A stretch of 64,000 nt of DNA, from the NCBI RefSeq assembly GCF_001194135.2, contig NC_068995.1:15341915-15405914 (forward strand), read 5' to 3'. Made by a program: the position numbers and the translations under genes. Source of the stretch: Octopus bimaculoides (taxonomy: Eukaryota). A model generated the notes under the pieces. It was given only the letters and a program-made list of their open reading frames with translations, made no database searches and had not been told where the DNA came from. This document shows positions 37,581 through 49,647 of the stretch, one piece after another; positions within the stretch are counted from its first letter, which is position 1; each line of letters opens with the position of its first letter.

Positions 37581-38350
37581 ATGGAAATAATGGGTCCCAA
37601 GCAGAAGCACGTGTCATCATTGACATCTTAACGATGAGAGAACGCAGGATGTCCAGCATTCACAGATCGTTTACGACAATGATACTTTTGACAAGAGCAA
37701 TGTACACAGATGGATGAAGAAGTATAAAGAAGGAGAAACTAGCATTGGAAACAAAAAATGCAGTAGAAGTCCGCCAACTTCGGGAACTAACAAGACTCGC
37801 CAGCGAGTGGATGGATTGATTCATGTCACCAGACGAATCATAATCTGTGAGGTGAAGGTAAAGCCTACCCTCCGGTCATGAGTGACCATGGGATTGCACT
37901 TAGGAAATTCCCCTCCGAGGTACAAGTCCGGGCAAGGTTGTTTATGGAAGACCAACAGTCACTCATGCATACCAGTCTCCTCTCTCCACGCCACTGGTGT
38001 TATCCAAAGCAAAGGCCGATACAGCTTGGCATCAATGACGTCACAACTCGTTCCTACAGCTGAGTGAACTGGAGCAACGTGAAATAAGGTGTCTTGCTCA
38101 AGAACACAACACACAGCTCGGTCCGGAAATCGAACTCGCTACTCTATGATTGTGAGCCTGACGCTCTAGCCACTGAGCCAGGCGCCTTCCCAATCTGTGA
38201 GCTTTTTTGTACTACGAAATAGTGGTCACAATGCTTTACTAAAGATGGTGGAAACCTTTGGGTATCAGAAAGTGTGTGCAGAGTGATCACCTCGGTACAT
38301 GATTTGAAAGCAAGAAGATCGGAAGTCTTTTCTGATCTGCTGGAAACTTG
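37581..38350 (+). mobile_element. Mariner transposase N-terminal (HTH) relic, split by a SINE
   Basis: DKSNVHRWMKKYKEGETSI..RQRVDGLI..RRI then ETFGYQKVCA..LKARRSEVFSDLL (cf. GxxKVCARWVP). Confidence 0.8.
37852..38191 (-). mobile_element. SINE with C-type head and core and a third tail type
   Basis: Perfect 10-bp TSD AATCTGTGAG at 37842-37851 and 38192-38201. Confidence 0.88.
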
Positions 38351-38577
38351 AGCTCTGCAGCATTCATATTATTCTGTCAAATGCAATGCTTTTGTATTCA
38401 CATCATTTAAAATTAATCATGCATTATTTCATAGCTTTGAACATTTGATAACGTGATTGTTTATTTTTAAAATGTCACTGCATGGAAAGTGTGAGAAGCC
38501 AGATCTAACCAGTTTCAAAATGAAACAAGTAAAATATTTTCACCAGATATGCTTAGTCTAAATGCTAAAAGGTTTAA
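38349..38577. mobile_element. MITE, possibly piggyBac-type (TTAA end)
   Basis: Right end AATGCTAAAAGGTTTAA. Left end is degenerate (..GCAGCATT). Family recognition is from memory of octopod repeats. Confidence 0.4.
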
Positions 38578-39077
38578 GTCTATAAAACAAACGACATTCT
38601 TTTCGATCTGGTGGCAGGATAAAACATTGGTGAGTTAAGGAGATGATGCAGAACTTTTCCTGGAAGCTATTAAAATAAAATTCATGAGTAAAACTACAAG
38701 GATCGTCAAGTATAAAATTGATTTTAATTATATTTTATATCACAGGTGGCCACCAAAATTTTGTGTATTACTAAATTAAGTACACCAGCAATACTTAGTA
38801 TGGCAGCGGTTTTTCAATTATAAACGTGCTGTACATATATGCCTGACGGATATATAGGAGAAATGTGTGCAATTACATATGTATGTTCATGCATTTGTGT
38901 GTATGTATGGGTGTATGTATATATGTGTATGCATATTTATATGCAAGCTTTTAGTCTGAGAATATTTTTATGTGTTTGTGTGTGTACGTTTGTGAGTGTA
39001 CATTTGTGTGTGTGTGTATATATATATATATATGTGCGCGCGTGTGTTTGTTAGCGTATGTTTGTATGTATGCATGT

Positions 39078-39585
39078 ACCTTTCATCTTTTACTTGTTTC
39101 AGTCATTCGACTGTGCCCATGATGGAGCACCACCTTGAAGGGTTTAGTCGAACAAATCAACCCAAATATTTTCTTTTAGAGTCTGGTATTTAGTCTCTCG
39201 AACTCTCTTTGTCGAACCGCAAGTTTACTATCAACATTTTTCAAGACACACACACACACACTGATATATATATATATATANNNNNNNNNNNNNNNNNNNN
39301 NNNNNNNNNNNNNNNNNNNNNNNNNNNNNNNNNNNNNNNNNNNNNNNNNNNNNNNNNNNNNNNNNNNNNNNNNNNNNNNNNNNNNNNNNNNNNNNNNNNN
39401 NNNNNNNNNNNNNNNNNNNNNNNATATATACGACGGGATTCTTTCAGTTTTCATCGGTCAAATCAACAAGCAAAGCTTTGGTCGGCTCGGAGTTATACTA
39501 GAAAACATTTTCACAAGGTGCCAAGCAGTGGCACTGAACTCAGAACCACGCTGTTGGATACCAAACTCTTTATCACGCATCCCAT
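39078..39585 (-). mobile_element. SINE A (spans an N gap)
   Basis: Reverse complement of A modules. Confidence 0.8.
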
Positions 39586-39696
39586 GTCTGCGTGTATGTA
39601 TGTGCTTGCATTTTTAAGTATATGCATATATGTCCATATATTTATGCATGCTTGCTTATATACACACATATATACATACATGCATGCATACATATA

Positions 39697-39736
<40 letters not shown>

Positions 39737-40376
39737 GCATAAATATATGCATATAGATATGTGAGTGTATTTGTGTATATGATGTGCGTATGTGTTTGTG
39801 GAGCGTCGGCAGCGGGGGTTATGAGGTCAGTAAAACTAGTCTGTGACGGCTAACTGAAATTCTAGACACCGTACTGTATAACAACAAACGACTGAAAGCC
39901 GTTTTGAAGACCAAGATTAATTGAATCAGATATTTTCTAATTTCAAACAGAACAATAAATTTAAATAAAAAAACACATGTATTATCCCAGACAGACAATA
40001 TTACCGAGATTACACAGTTTCGATTTATGAAAATAAACAAAATCTTCTCTTCAGGTTCTTGCAATTTTCCAAATAAATAAATTTAGAAGTTTTCTGATAA
40101 TGCAAGAAATCAATTGCCTGAACTCGAGCAAGTATTTGCAATATCGGAAATACTGCGGACTTAGCACATATGCGCATATGTTCATAAATGTTCGGATAAA
40201 TGGTTAAACTAACGGAAGCTAGAGCAATAAAAACTGATACATATATATATATATATATATATATATCTTGTTTATATTCTCTTATTATTAAGAATTAAAA
40301 ATATATAAGCACATGTGGAAACACGGAAATTTTCGGACGAATGGTTAAACTAACGGAAGCCAGGGTAATAAAAACT

Positions 40377-40429
<53 letters not shown>

Positions 40430-41045
40430 NNNNNNNNNNNNNNNNNNNNNNNNNNNNNNNNNNNNNNNNNNNNNNNNNNNNNNNNNNNNNNNNNNNNNNN
40501 NNNNNNNNNNNNNNNNNNNNNNNNNNNNNNNNNNNNNNNNNNNNNNNNNNNNNNNNNNNNNNNNNNNNNNNNNNNNNNNNNNNNNNNNNNNNNNNNNNNN
40601 NNNNNNNNNNNNNNNNNNNNNNNNNNNNNNNNNNNNNNNNNNNNNNNNNNNNNNNNNNNNNNNNNNNNNNNNNNNNNNNNNNNNNNNNNNNNNNNNNNNN
40701 NNNNNNNNNNNNNNNNNNNNNNNNNNNNNNNNNNNNNNNNNNNNNNNNNNNNNNNNNNNNNNNNNNNNNNNNNNNNNNNNNNNNNNATATATATATATAT
40801 ATATATATCAAAAGGATATGTTATGATACTATTCCGTATATACAAATCAGCCATACCAACAATTCTACATACTCCATCATCAGCTGCCCCACGGATATCA
40901 TTATGGTTTCGACACCTGGGCAGTATCATTTAATCCGGCGGTGTCAACAGCACTAAAATGATTGTTGTTTGGGAACAAACAAAGCAAAGAAGTCACAACT
41001 TCCAAACACATTTATCCTCTGTACAACCATATCGGTAAATAAATT

Positions 41046-41240
41046 CAACCGGTGTTGACAACCGGTGTTGATGTGGTTACGTCGACACAACTTGGCAGTT
41101 CAGCAAAAGTGATCGGTAGAATAAGTATCAGGTTTAAAAGAACTATAATTACTGAGGTCGATCCATTTGACTAAAAATTCTTCAAGGCGGTACACCAGCA
41201 TGGCTGCAGTCTAATGATTGGAACAAGTAAAAGGTTAAAT
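41046..41240 (+). mobile_element. SINE A, 3' half
   Basis: TTGACAACCGGTG..GGCGGTACACCAGCATGG tail. Confidence 0.75.
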
Positions 41241-41315
41241 ATATATATATATATATATACGTATATATAAGTTTGCTTATATATATAAGTATGTATATAT
41301 ATATATAAGTATGTT

Positions 41316-41362
<47 letters not shown>

Positions 41363-41433
41363 NNNNNNNNNNTGCACTGCTTGTAAGAAATAAACTTGTC
41401 TGCAAATAATTTCACATGTGTATTCTGTAGATT

Positions 41434-41490
<57 letters not shown>

Positions 41491-41995
41491 CAGAGAGAGA
41501 GAGGGAGAGAGAGAGAGAGGGAGAGAGAGAGATAGAGAGAGAAAGAGAGAGAGAGAGATAGAGAGAGAGAGAGATAGAGAGCTGCAATAGTTGTTGCTTC
41601 AGACAGAAGAAAACGAAAACACTGAAGGAAATTCTTAATTATGAATCATTAAATCTATTACAGCAACACTATTAACCTTCTGATTTATTTAGACAACTCC
41701 CGGGATGAACAGAGAGATTGTGTCACGATGAATGTTGGTTACTCAGTTAGTTAGTGAATATTTTATAACCATTTCCTGTTGGACGAGACAAATCTTGTTT
41801 ATATTCTCGTATTATTAAGAATTAAAAATATATATGCACATGTGGAAACACGGAAATATTCACTCAAGTATGGCGTATGCAAAGAATAGTTCAGTGCAAA
41901 CTAATATATATTTTAGAATGAGTAAAAAAAACAAAAAACAAAAAAACAGGGTTGTCTGCTTCTCATTAATTTTACAATTAACTAGGTTTTAATAT

Positions 41996-42995
41996 ACTGG
42001 GTTGGTCAAAAAGTTCGTTCGAGTTTTTTATATGTTATATAAAAGTTTTAAACACAGAGCGATTTATTCAATCAGTGATATAATTACCGTTTCGTTATAG
42101 ATTTTCTGACACCTTGTAAGGAGACCCATTTTATGAGCAGACCCTACTCAAAGATCTGCCTGTCTTTATTGGCGGAAGACTCTTCCAGGTGAATTTTCAC
42201 ATCCTCTTCAGAGCTGAAAGTCTGTCCATTCAATGAATTTTAAAGAGACTGATACAGAAGAAATCTGAAGGTGCAAGGTTGGGCGAATGATTGTAGGTGA
42301 GTTCACAGCCATCAGTTTACCGTGAAGAAAGTTCACCGTGAGGAAAGTTTATCGAAAGGAAAGTTCACCGAAAAAGTTTACCGAGAAAATATATCCAGAG
42401 TATTTCCTTATTAATAGTTAAAAACTAGTTTATTAGAAACTTCCTCTCCCTCCAAAAAAAAAAAAAGGTAAAAAAACGGTGAATTGATGATGGTGAACTT
42501 TTCCTGCGGTGAACTGATGACGATAAACTTACCGGACATGTAGGCAAATATGGAAGGTGCAACAAAACTTCCTAGCCAAGCCCAAGTAACGTCTGCCGCA
42601 TTTGCAAAGAACGGTCTGGCATTGTAGTGATGGAAGACAATGCCGTTACGACTAGCAAGTGCTGGACGCTTCTGCTGGATCGCTGCGCTCAATTTGTCCA
42701 ACCTCTGACAGTACACATCCGAATTGATAATCTTCTCTGTGGGAAGAAGCTCGTAAAAACAAAGATTGAAAGCATAACCTTCTTCGGATCACGTCCCCCT
42801 TCCCTCATTATCGTTTGTGCCTCATAATGTTGTAGACGATCCGTTTTTCGTCCCCTGCCACCATTCTCTTCAAAAAGATCGTTTTCTTCACATTCTTGCA
42901 ACGGATCGCAGATGTAGATCCGTTGGGCGAGATTAGCCTCATTCTATTGGTGTGGGATCCAATCATTGAGCCTCCTAACGTAACCCGTCAAAGGG
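41996..42995 (-). mobile_element. Mariner (DD34D-type) transposase relic with one TIR
   Basis: WIPHQ, GDEK-like region, PKKVMLSI, YCQRLDKLSAAIQQKRP..GIVFHHYNARP (D to Y), SPNLAPSDF, NGQTFSSEEDVKIHLEE. TA plus TIR CTGGGTTGGTCAAAAAGTTCG at 41994-42016. Confidence 0.9.
42289..42540. mobile_element. Fold-back MITE nested in the mariner (possibly Mutator-type)
   Basis: Imperfect ~45-bp TIRs made of AGTTCACCG subrepeats. Flanks TGGGCGAAT (42280-42288) and TAGGCAAAT (42541-42549) match at 7/9. Confidence 0.6.
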
Positions 42996-43291
42996 CGGAG
43001 AAACATACATACGTACATACGTACATACATATATACGTACGTCATACCTACATACATAAAAGCATACATACATATACACACCCATACATACATATATACA
43101 TACATTCCTTACATACAGACACACATGTATAGAGTGACGCATGACATTTGATATACTGATTGTAGTATGAAATGCAAGATATCATTTGACCTTGTAATGA
43201 CAATACATTTGATATTTACAATAATGTAGTCAAAGAAGAAAATATCCAACCGCACCATGGCTGCGACGGCCGGAACCACCACCACCACCAC

Positions 43292-43329
<38 letters not shown>

Positions 43330-44199
43330 ACACCATCAACACCACCACCATCAACACCACCACNNNNNNNNNNNNNNNNNNNNNNNNNNNNNNNNNNNNN
43401 NNNNNNNNNNNNNNNNNNNNNNNNNNNNNNNNNNNNNNNNNNNNNNNNNNNNNNNNNNNNNNNNNNNNNNATATCTAGGTGCGCCGCGAAAATAAATATT
43501 TATTTAAAAACTCTGAACAATACAAACCAAGATTTTTAAACATAAAGTCTTAATGTAAGAAATATAAACCGCGAAAGTGTCAATCAAACGAAACTAAGAG
43601 AGGTTTAAATTATTTATATTTCTAAGCTGAACTATATAAATACAAACTTTTTAAATACATATTTTTCTTTCACTCTATGCACAAATTGCACTAAAATATT
43701 TTTATTTGCTCTGTAAAACACGAGTGAGTAAAAAAGAAAATAAACAATATATTTGAGAGTTACTGATGTATAGAAGCAGCTGTGACGTAATTCGTAGAAC
43801 ATTACATAAAGTTGCTAGTGAGTTTACATAGCAACGTAGTTTCGATACTATTTACATTCCCGTAAAAGGTTTGCTGAAGAAATTTGCATTGATAATATCT
43901 TTGGGAAAGACATAAACGTCTTCACTTCCAACTTAACCTGGTACAATATATGACGTCAAGCTTAACCATTGTCACGTAAGGTGAAATATCAGGTAATGAC
44001 TGGTTAACGCCTCCGAACAAGATGTGACTTCTTAGTAGATCTAGCGGAGTGGTTAAGATATTCGTTTCGCAATGTCGCTTATTTTAGGTTCAATAGCACT
44101 GCACACCCAGCATGATCACAGACCAAGTAAAAGATAGAAGATAGCGAAGCCCATATTATAATTAACAACAAAACGTAGGAGTGATATAGAGCGGGGCTA

Positions 44200-44617
44200 A
44201 ATAGATGCAGGCATTTCAGGTTGGTTATGAATTTCTCTTCCCGACCACATGGTTCCAGATTCAGTCCCACTGCGTGGAACCTTAGGCAAGTGTCTTCTAC
44301 TTTAGCCACTGGCCGACCAAAGCCCTGTGAGTAGATATTTGGTAGACGGAAACTGAAACTGAAAGTAGCCCGTCGTATATATATATATATATATATATAT
44401 ATATNNNNNNNNNNNNNNNNNNNNNNNNNNNNNNNNNNNNNNNNNNNNNNNNNNNNNNNNNNNNNNNNNNNNNNNNNNNNNNNNNNNNNNNNNNNNNNNN
44501 NNNNNNNNNNNNNNNNNNNNNNNNNNNNNNNNNNNNNNNNNNNNNNNNNNNNNNNNNNNNNNNNNNNNNNNNNNNNNNNNNNNNNNNNNNNNNNNNNNNN
44601 NNNNNNNNNNNNNNNNN

Positions 44618-44652
<35 letters not shown>

Positions 44653-44915
44653 CTGTGTTTGTGTCTGTGTGTGTGGGTATTTGTGTGTCTGTGTTTGTGT
44701 GCGTGTGTTTGTCTCCCACTTCCGCTTGATAACCGGTGCTGGTGTATTGGCATCCCCGTAATCTACCGGTTGAGCAAAAGAGATCGATAGAATAAGAACC
44801 AGGTTTAACAAAATGTAAGTACTAGAGTCGATTCATTCGACTAAAAATTCTTTAAAGTGGTGCTCCAGCATAGCCGCAGGCTAATGACTGAAACAAGTAA
44901 AAGATAAAAGAAAAG
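44200..44915 (+). mobile_element. SINE A (spans an N gap)
   Basis: A modules. A further head fragment lies at 44920-45010. Confidence 0.85.
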
Positions 44916-45755
44916 ATAACTATGTGCTTTCAGGTTCAATTTTACTGCGTAGAATCTTGAGCAAGTGTCTTCTACCGTAACCTCGAGTCGATCAAATCCT
45001 CGTGAGTGAAAATGGGGGCCCGGAACAGTGTGGAAGCCGTAGGAAGGTGCATTGTTGGCCTCGGGCAGTAGACTTGATACTTCACCCAGGACCTCCTGGA
45101 CCCAGGACCGAGGGGCCTCATGGTCCTTGTGTGTCTTTAACGGAGTATACTCTATTATAAGTATTCGGGACAGGCCTTATGTCTGTGGAATCCGCCCATA
45201 CTCCCAGCAAGTACCAGCCATCCTTCCTTCTGTGACCAAATCATATAAAAAGAAAGGAAAATGCTTGATAGTATTTAGTTTTTTACTACATATTTCTTTT
45301 TAATCCTCAATAAAATGACTATAAAATTTCCCCAGGGACGATAAAAATAAGTCCTAATAATGTCTATTTAATCGATTCTGTCCCGCCCCTATAACAAATA
45401 TATGACCCATTCTGAAAATGAGATCTCATTATTGTAGTTACAGTACATTGATTAAGAAAATAATCAATAATTATATATACATAACATGCAAACACCGCGA
45501 AAAAAGCAATTATGTTTCAAATTAAATAACTGTTGTGTTTTTAACTGCCTCTTATCATTCCATCAATATAAAATATTTGACCTTTATAGGTCGATTGTAG
45601 TAATCTTACACTGCATCTGGTTGAAGTAGCGAACGTTTAGATGGTCATAGAAATACTCCGGTGGATTATTTTGCTGACTCTGCTAACTAAAGGCGTTCGG
45701 TCGACAGAATCAGTTTGAACGATGGAGGATATGATATTCTGTATTTCACTTACCC

Positions 45756-46200
45756 TTTTATTTGTTTCAGTTATTTGATTGTGGCCATGCTGGAGCACCG
45801 CTTTAGGTCGAGCAAATCGACCCCAAGACTTATTCTTTGTAAGCCTAGTACTTATTCTATCGGTTCCGGGTTCAGTCCCACTGCGTGGCACCTTGGCCAA
45901 GTGTCTTCTACTATAGCCTCGGGCTGACCAAAGCCTTGTGAGTGGATTTGATAGACGGAAACTGAAAGAAGCCCGTCGTATATATTATATGGATATATAT
46001 ATGTGTGTTTGTCCCACCCAACATCACTTGACAACCGATGCTGGTGTGTTTACGTCCCGTAACTTAGCGGTTCGGCAAAAGAGAACGATAGAATAAGTAC
46101 TAGGCTTATAAAGAATAAGTCCTGGGGTCGATTTGCTCGACTAAAGGCGGTGCTCCAGCATGGCCACAGTCAAATGAATGAAACAAGTAAAAGAGTAAAG
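45756..46200 (+). mobile_element. SINE A lacking its A-box, preceded by an inverted SINE A tail
   Basis: 45756-45862 is the reverse complement of 46086-46192 (about 93%). Confidence 0.9.
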
Positions 46201-46349
46201 AGAGAGTATTGAGGCATTCTTACACCATTTGACGGTGTTTTGAGACACTGCACGGGAATGACAGCCAATAGCATTATGGGGAGATACATGTAACACAAGC
46301 TCTTCTTTAGGTGTAAGGACATGGAAAGTTCCACCTTCCTGTTCCACTT

Positions 46350-46465
46350 CATTTTGAGACTCTACAATATCACATGGAGTATCCTTGACAGAGTCCCTCC
46401 TTACTCATATAGAGCACATAATTGCTAAATCTGCCTCCGTGAGAAACTGTACGTACTCCATCAAC
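46350..46465 (+). mobile_element. Penelope-like element C-terminal fragment
   Basis: YNITWSILDRVPPYSYRAHNC*ICLREKLYVL (cf. WSIL..A.PY....C.LCL.EK after the GIY-YIG domain). Confidence 0.7.
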
Positions 46466-47371
46466 TATAGTATTCATCAATAGACAAAAAAAAAAAATGA
46501 CCTATCTTATTGTTGGCACCAGAGGTACTCCCTAATTTCAAGGCTTTGACCTCCTATATTCTGGAAAGGTCACCTTATATCGAGCTGACCCATACACAAT
46601 GACAGGGTTTACTATTCCTGTCGCCGGTAAAGATTATAATCTACTCATGTTGGTCGCTCGAACTCATTTATAACCTGATTACCAACAGGCTTTTCATGTA
46701 ATAACTGTTCTCACTAAAATGCAATAATACAATGAACCGATATCACTGGTTATATATATATATATCATTCTGCAGAATGCCGACAAACTAACGTCAACAA
46801 CATGTCCGCCCCATGAAGGAGACCTCATAAAATAACTGATGTCGCTATGATAGCAAAAGCAACCACCTGAATTGAACTGACAAGTGGAAGCCTAAATAGC
46901 TAGAAGTCATTTAAAATTCCTTTTAAATTCTATCAAATCTGTCTTCAAACATCTGATGTGAATGAGTCCGACGCTCACGAAAATTTAAGTAATGTGGAAC
47001 TGAGTGAAGCTGTTATTTAAATCCATTTAACTCCAGCTAAATGCGTTCAGTGCCATTTACCATCGTTTGTTCACTCTTTCGTTTATATCCATCCATCCAT
47101 CCATCCATCCATCCATCCACACACACACACACGCACACACATATATGCACGTATATACATATATACATATACATACGCACACATGCGCTCACATACATAA
47201 GTTAATGGTAATGAATGGAAGAAAACATGCTCAATATATATATATACATATAATAATAATATTAGGGACAAAATCCAAAAATACAGGTAAAAAACATATG
47301 TATGTATATGTGTATACATATACATATGTGTGTGTATGTATATACATATATATATCAAGAGAGATAGAGAT

Positions 47372-47519
<148 letters not shown>

Positions 47520-47737
47520 TGAGTGAGTGAGAGAGAAAGTGTGTAATCTAATTCAGTCAGTCGGAACCAGAAACTACTGAGTTTCATGAAATGTGGACAC
47601 ATTTGAAATAGGTTTGTATTATCGGTCGAAATCATAATGGTCGACCGCTGATTCAAACAGGTCACGTTTGATGGAACTCACATTTTTCTAACTTAATAAA
47701 AAAAACAACAACTAAAAACAAGAATATTAGAATATTG

Positions 47738-48155
47738 GATTCAAATTCTGACACAAGGCCAGCAATAATTAGGGGAAGAAATAAGTCGATTACACCGAAC
47801 CCAGTGTTCAACTGGTACTTCTTTTGTCGACCCCGGCGACATTTGAATTCAGAACGTAAAGTCGGAAGAAATGCTGCTAATCATCTATTCGGTGCAGTAA
47901 CGATTTGGGCAGCTCACCGCCTTTGAATCTTAAAATATTGGTTTTAAATTTTGGCACAAGACCAGCAATGTTGGGAGAGGAAATGAGTCGATTACGTCGA
48001 CCCCAGTGTTCAACTGGTACTTATTTTGTCGAACTCGAAAGGATGAAACGTAAAGTCGACCTCGGCGGTATTTGAACCCAGGACGTAAAGACGGACGAAA
48101 TGCTTAACAGCATTTCGTCCGGCGTGCGAACGATTTTGCTGGTTCGCTGCCTTTG
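47738..48155 (-). mobile_element. Two tandem SINE B copies (47738-47925, 47940-48155)
   Basis: Reverse complement of B modules. Confidence 0.85.
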
Positions 48156-48799
48156 AATATTAAAATATTAAAAGAAATTATGTATTCAAGTACTCAAGGC
48201 AAATGCATACACACATGCACACACAAACACACACACATACATACATACACACACACACGCACACGCAAACATACACACACATAAACATACACACACATAT
48301 ACACATACAGATACACACATACACATATGTACAGTTATAAGACGGTTTCGTTATTTATTCAAATGTTTCATTTTGTTTTTGTTTACTATTTCAACATCTC
48401 TAAATCTCACTTCTAAACCTGTCAGACAAATCCCGTTTTCTTTTTTTCCACATATTTCAATGGTGTTTTATGTTACGAATAAATCCGTCTTTCTTATTTA
48501 TTTTAGACAACCAAGTAAAACAAACCTAATATATAAAATTCCATATATGTAATCTATACAGACACAACAAATGAATGTATGCCGTATTTATATTGTCTAC
48601 ATATGTTTATAAAGCACTAAGAATTTGAAAGAACTAGCAATGATCGGTGCAGGCAAAAAAAAAAGAAGAAAAAAAGCATTTGAAAAGCTGGAACAGTAGA
48701 ATATATTCCATAGTATGAAGAAGAAGAATTTATTTTGCGTTGGATAGAGATATTCATTCGTGATATATGTTCACGTAATTTATGTTCACAAGTCTGGTG

Positions 48800-48960
48800 G
48801 ACCGGCTTTACGTTCTGAGTTCAAATTCTGTCAAAGTTGACTTTGTCCTTTATCCTTTGGAAGGAACATCGATGAAATAAGTACCAGTTGAGCACAGGGC
48901 TCGATGTAATTGATTGGCTCCACACACACAACATTTCAGGCCTTGTGCCTATAGTTGAAA
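48800..48960 (+). mobile_element. SINE B, 5'-truncated
   Basis: TACGTTCTGAGTTCAAATTC onward. Confidence 0.75.
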
Positions 48961-49110
48961 GGATATCTGTTCGCATACCTCGGTTACGTCAGAGTAGATG
49001 TATCCTGTTACACATGAACTATGACATGATAGTAAGTTGACTGGCTATAACTGAAAACCAATGATGTTTTTATATTACCTTGTCAATGTAGAAATACATA
49101 CACACACACA

Positions 49111-49320
49111 TTGGTTTCAAATTCTAGCACAAGGCCAGCAATTTCGGGGAGGGCTAGGTCGATCACATCAACTCCGGTGCCCAACTTGTACATATTTTAT
49201 CAACTCCGAAAAAGATGAAAGGCAAAGTCGATCCCGGGGGAATTTGAACTCAGAACGTAAAAAACAGACGAAATAACGCCCAGCATTTTGTCCGACATAC
49301 TAACGATTCTGCCAGCTCGC
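49111..49320 (-). mobile_element. SINE B
   Basis: Head-to-head with 49354-49560. Confidence 0.85.
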
Positions 49321-49353
49321 AGATATATTGATAAGTATATGATAAGTATATGC

Positions 49354-49560
49354 AAGGTAGTGAGCTGGCAGAATCGTTAGCGTATCGGCCAAAAAGTTTA
49401 GAGTCATTTCGTTGGATTTACGTTCTGAGTTCACATTCCGCCGAAGTTGACTTTACGTTTCATCCTTTCGGGGGTCAATAAAATGAGTACTAGCTGAGCT
49501 CTGGGGTTGACGTAATCAATCAGCCCCTCACGCCAAAATTTCGTGCCTTGAACCTTTAGT
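49354..49560 (+). mobile_element. SINE B
   Basis: GTGAGCTGGCAGAATCGTTAGC head. Confidence 0.85.
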
Positions 49561-49647
49561 TGAAAGAATATTAATACAAATACGCACACAAGTTCACGAA
49601 CAACATCCTAGTTTATACTTCGTGACTGAACATCATGGGGAAAAGAC

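Noticed and set aside
40915-40952. AVDTAGLNDT as a GTPase G3 (DxxG) motif
   Set aside because: Only four informative residues, the frame closes 5 codons later, and no G1 or G4 exon is seen.
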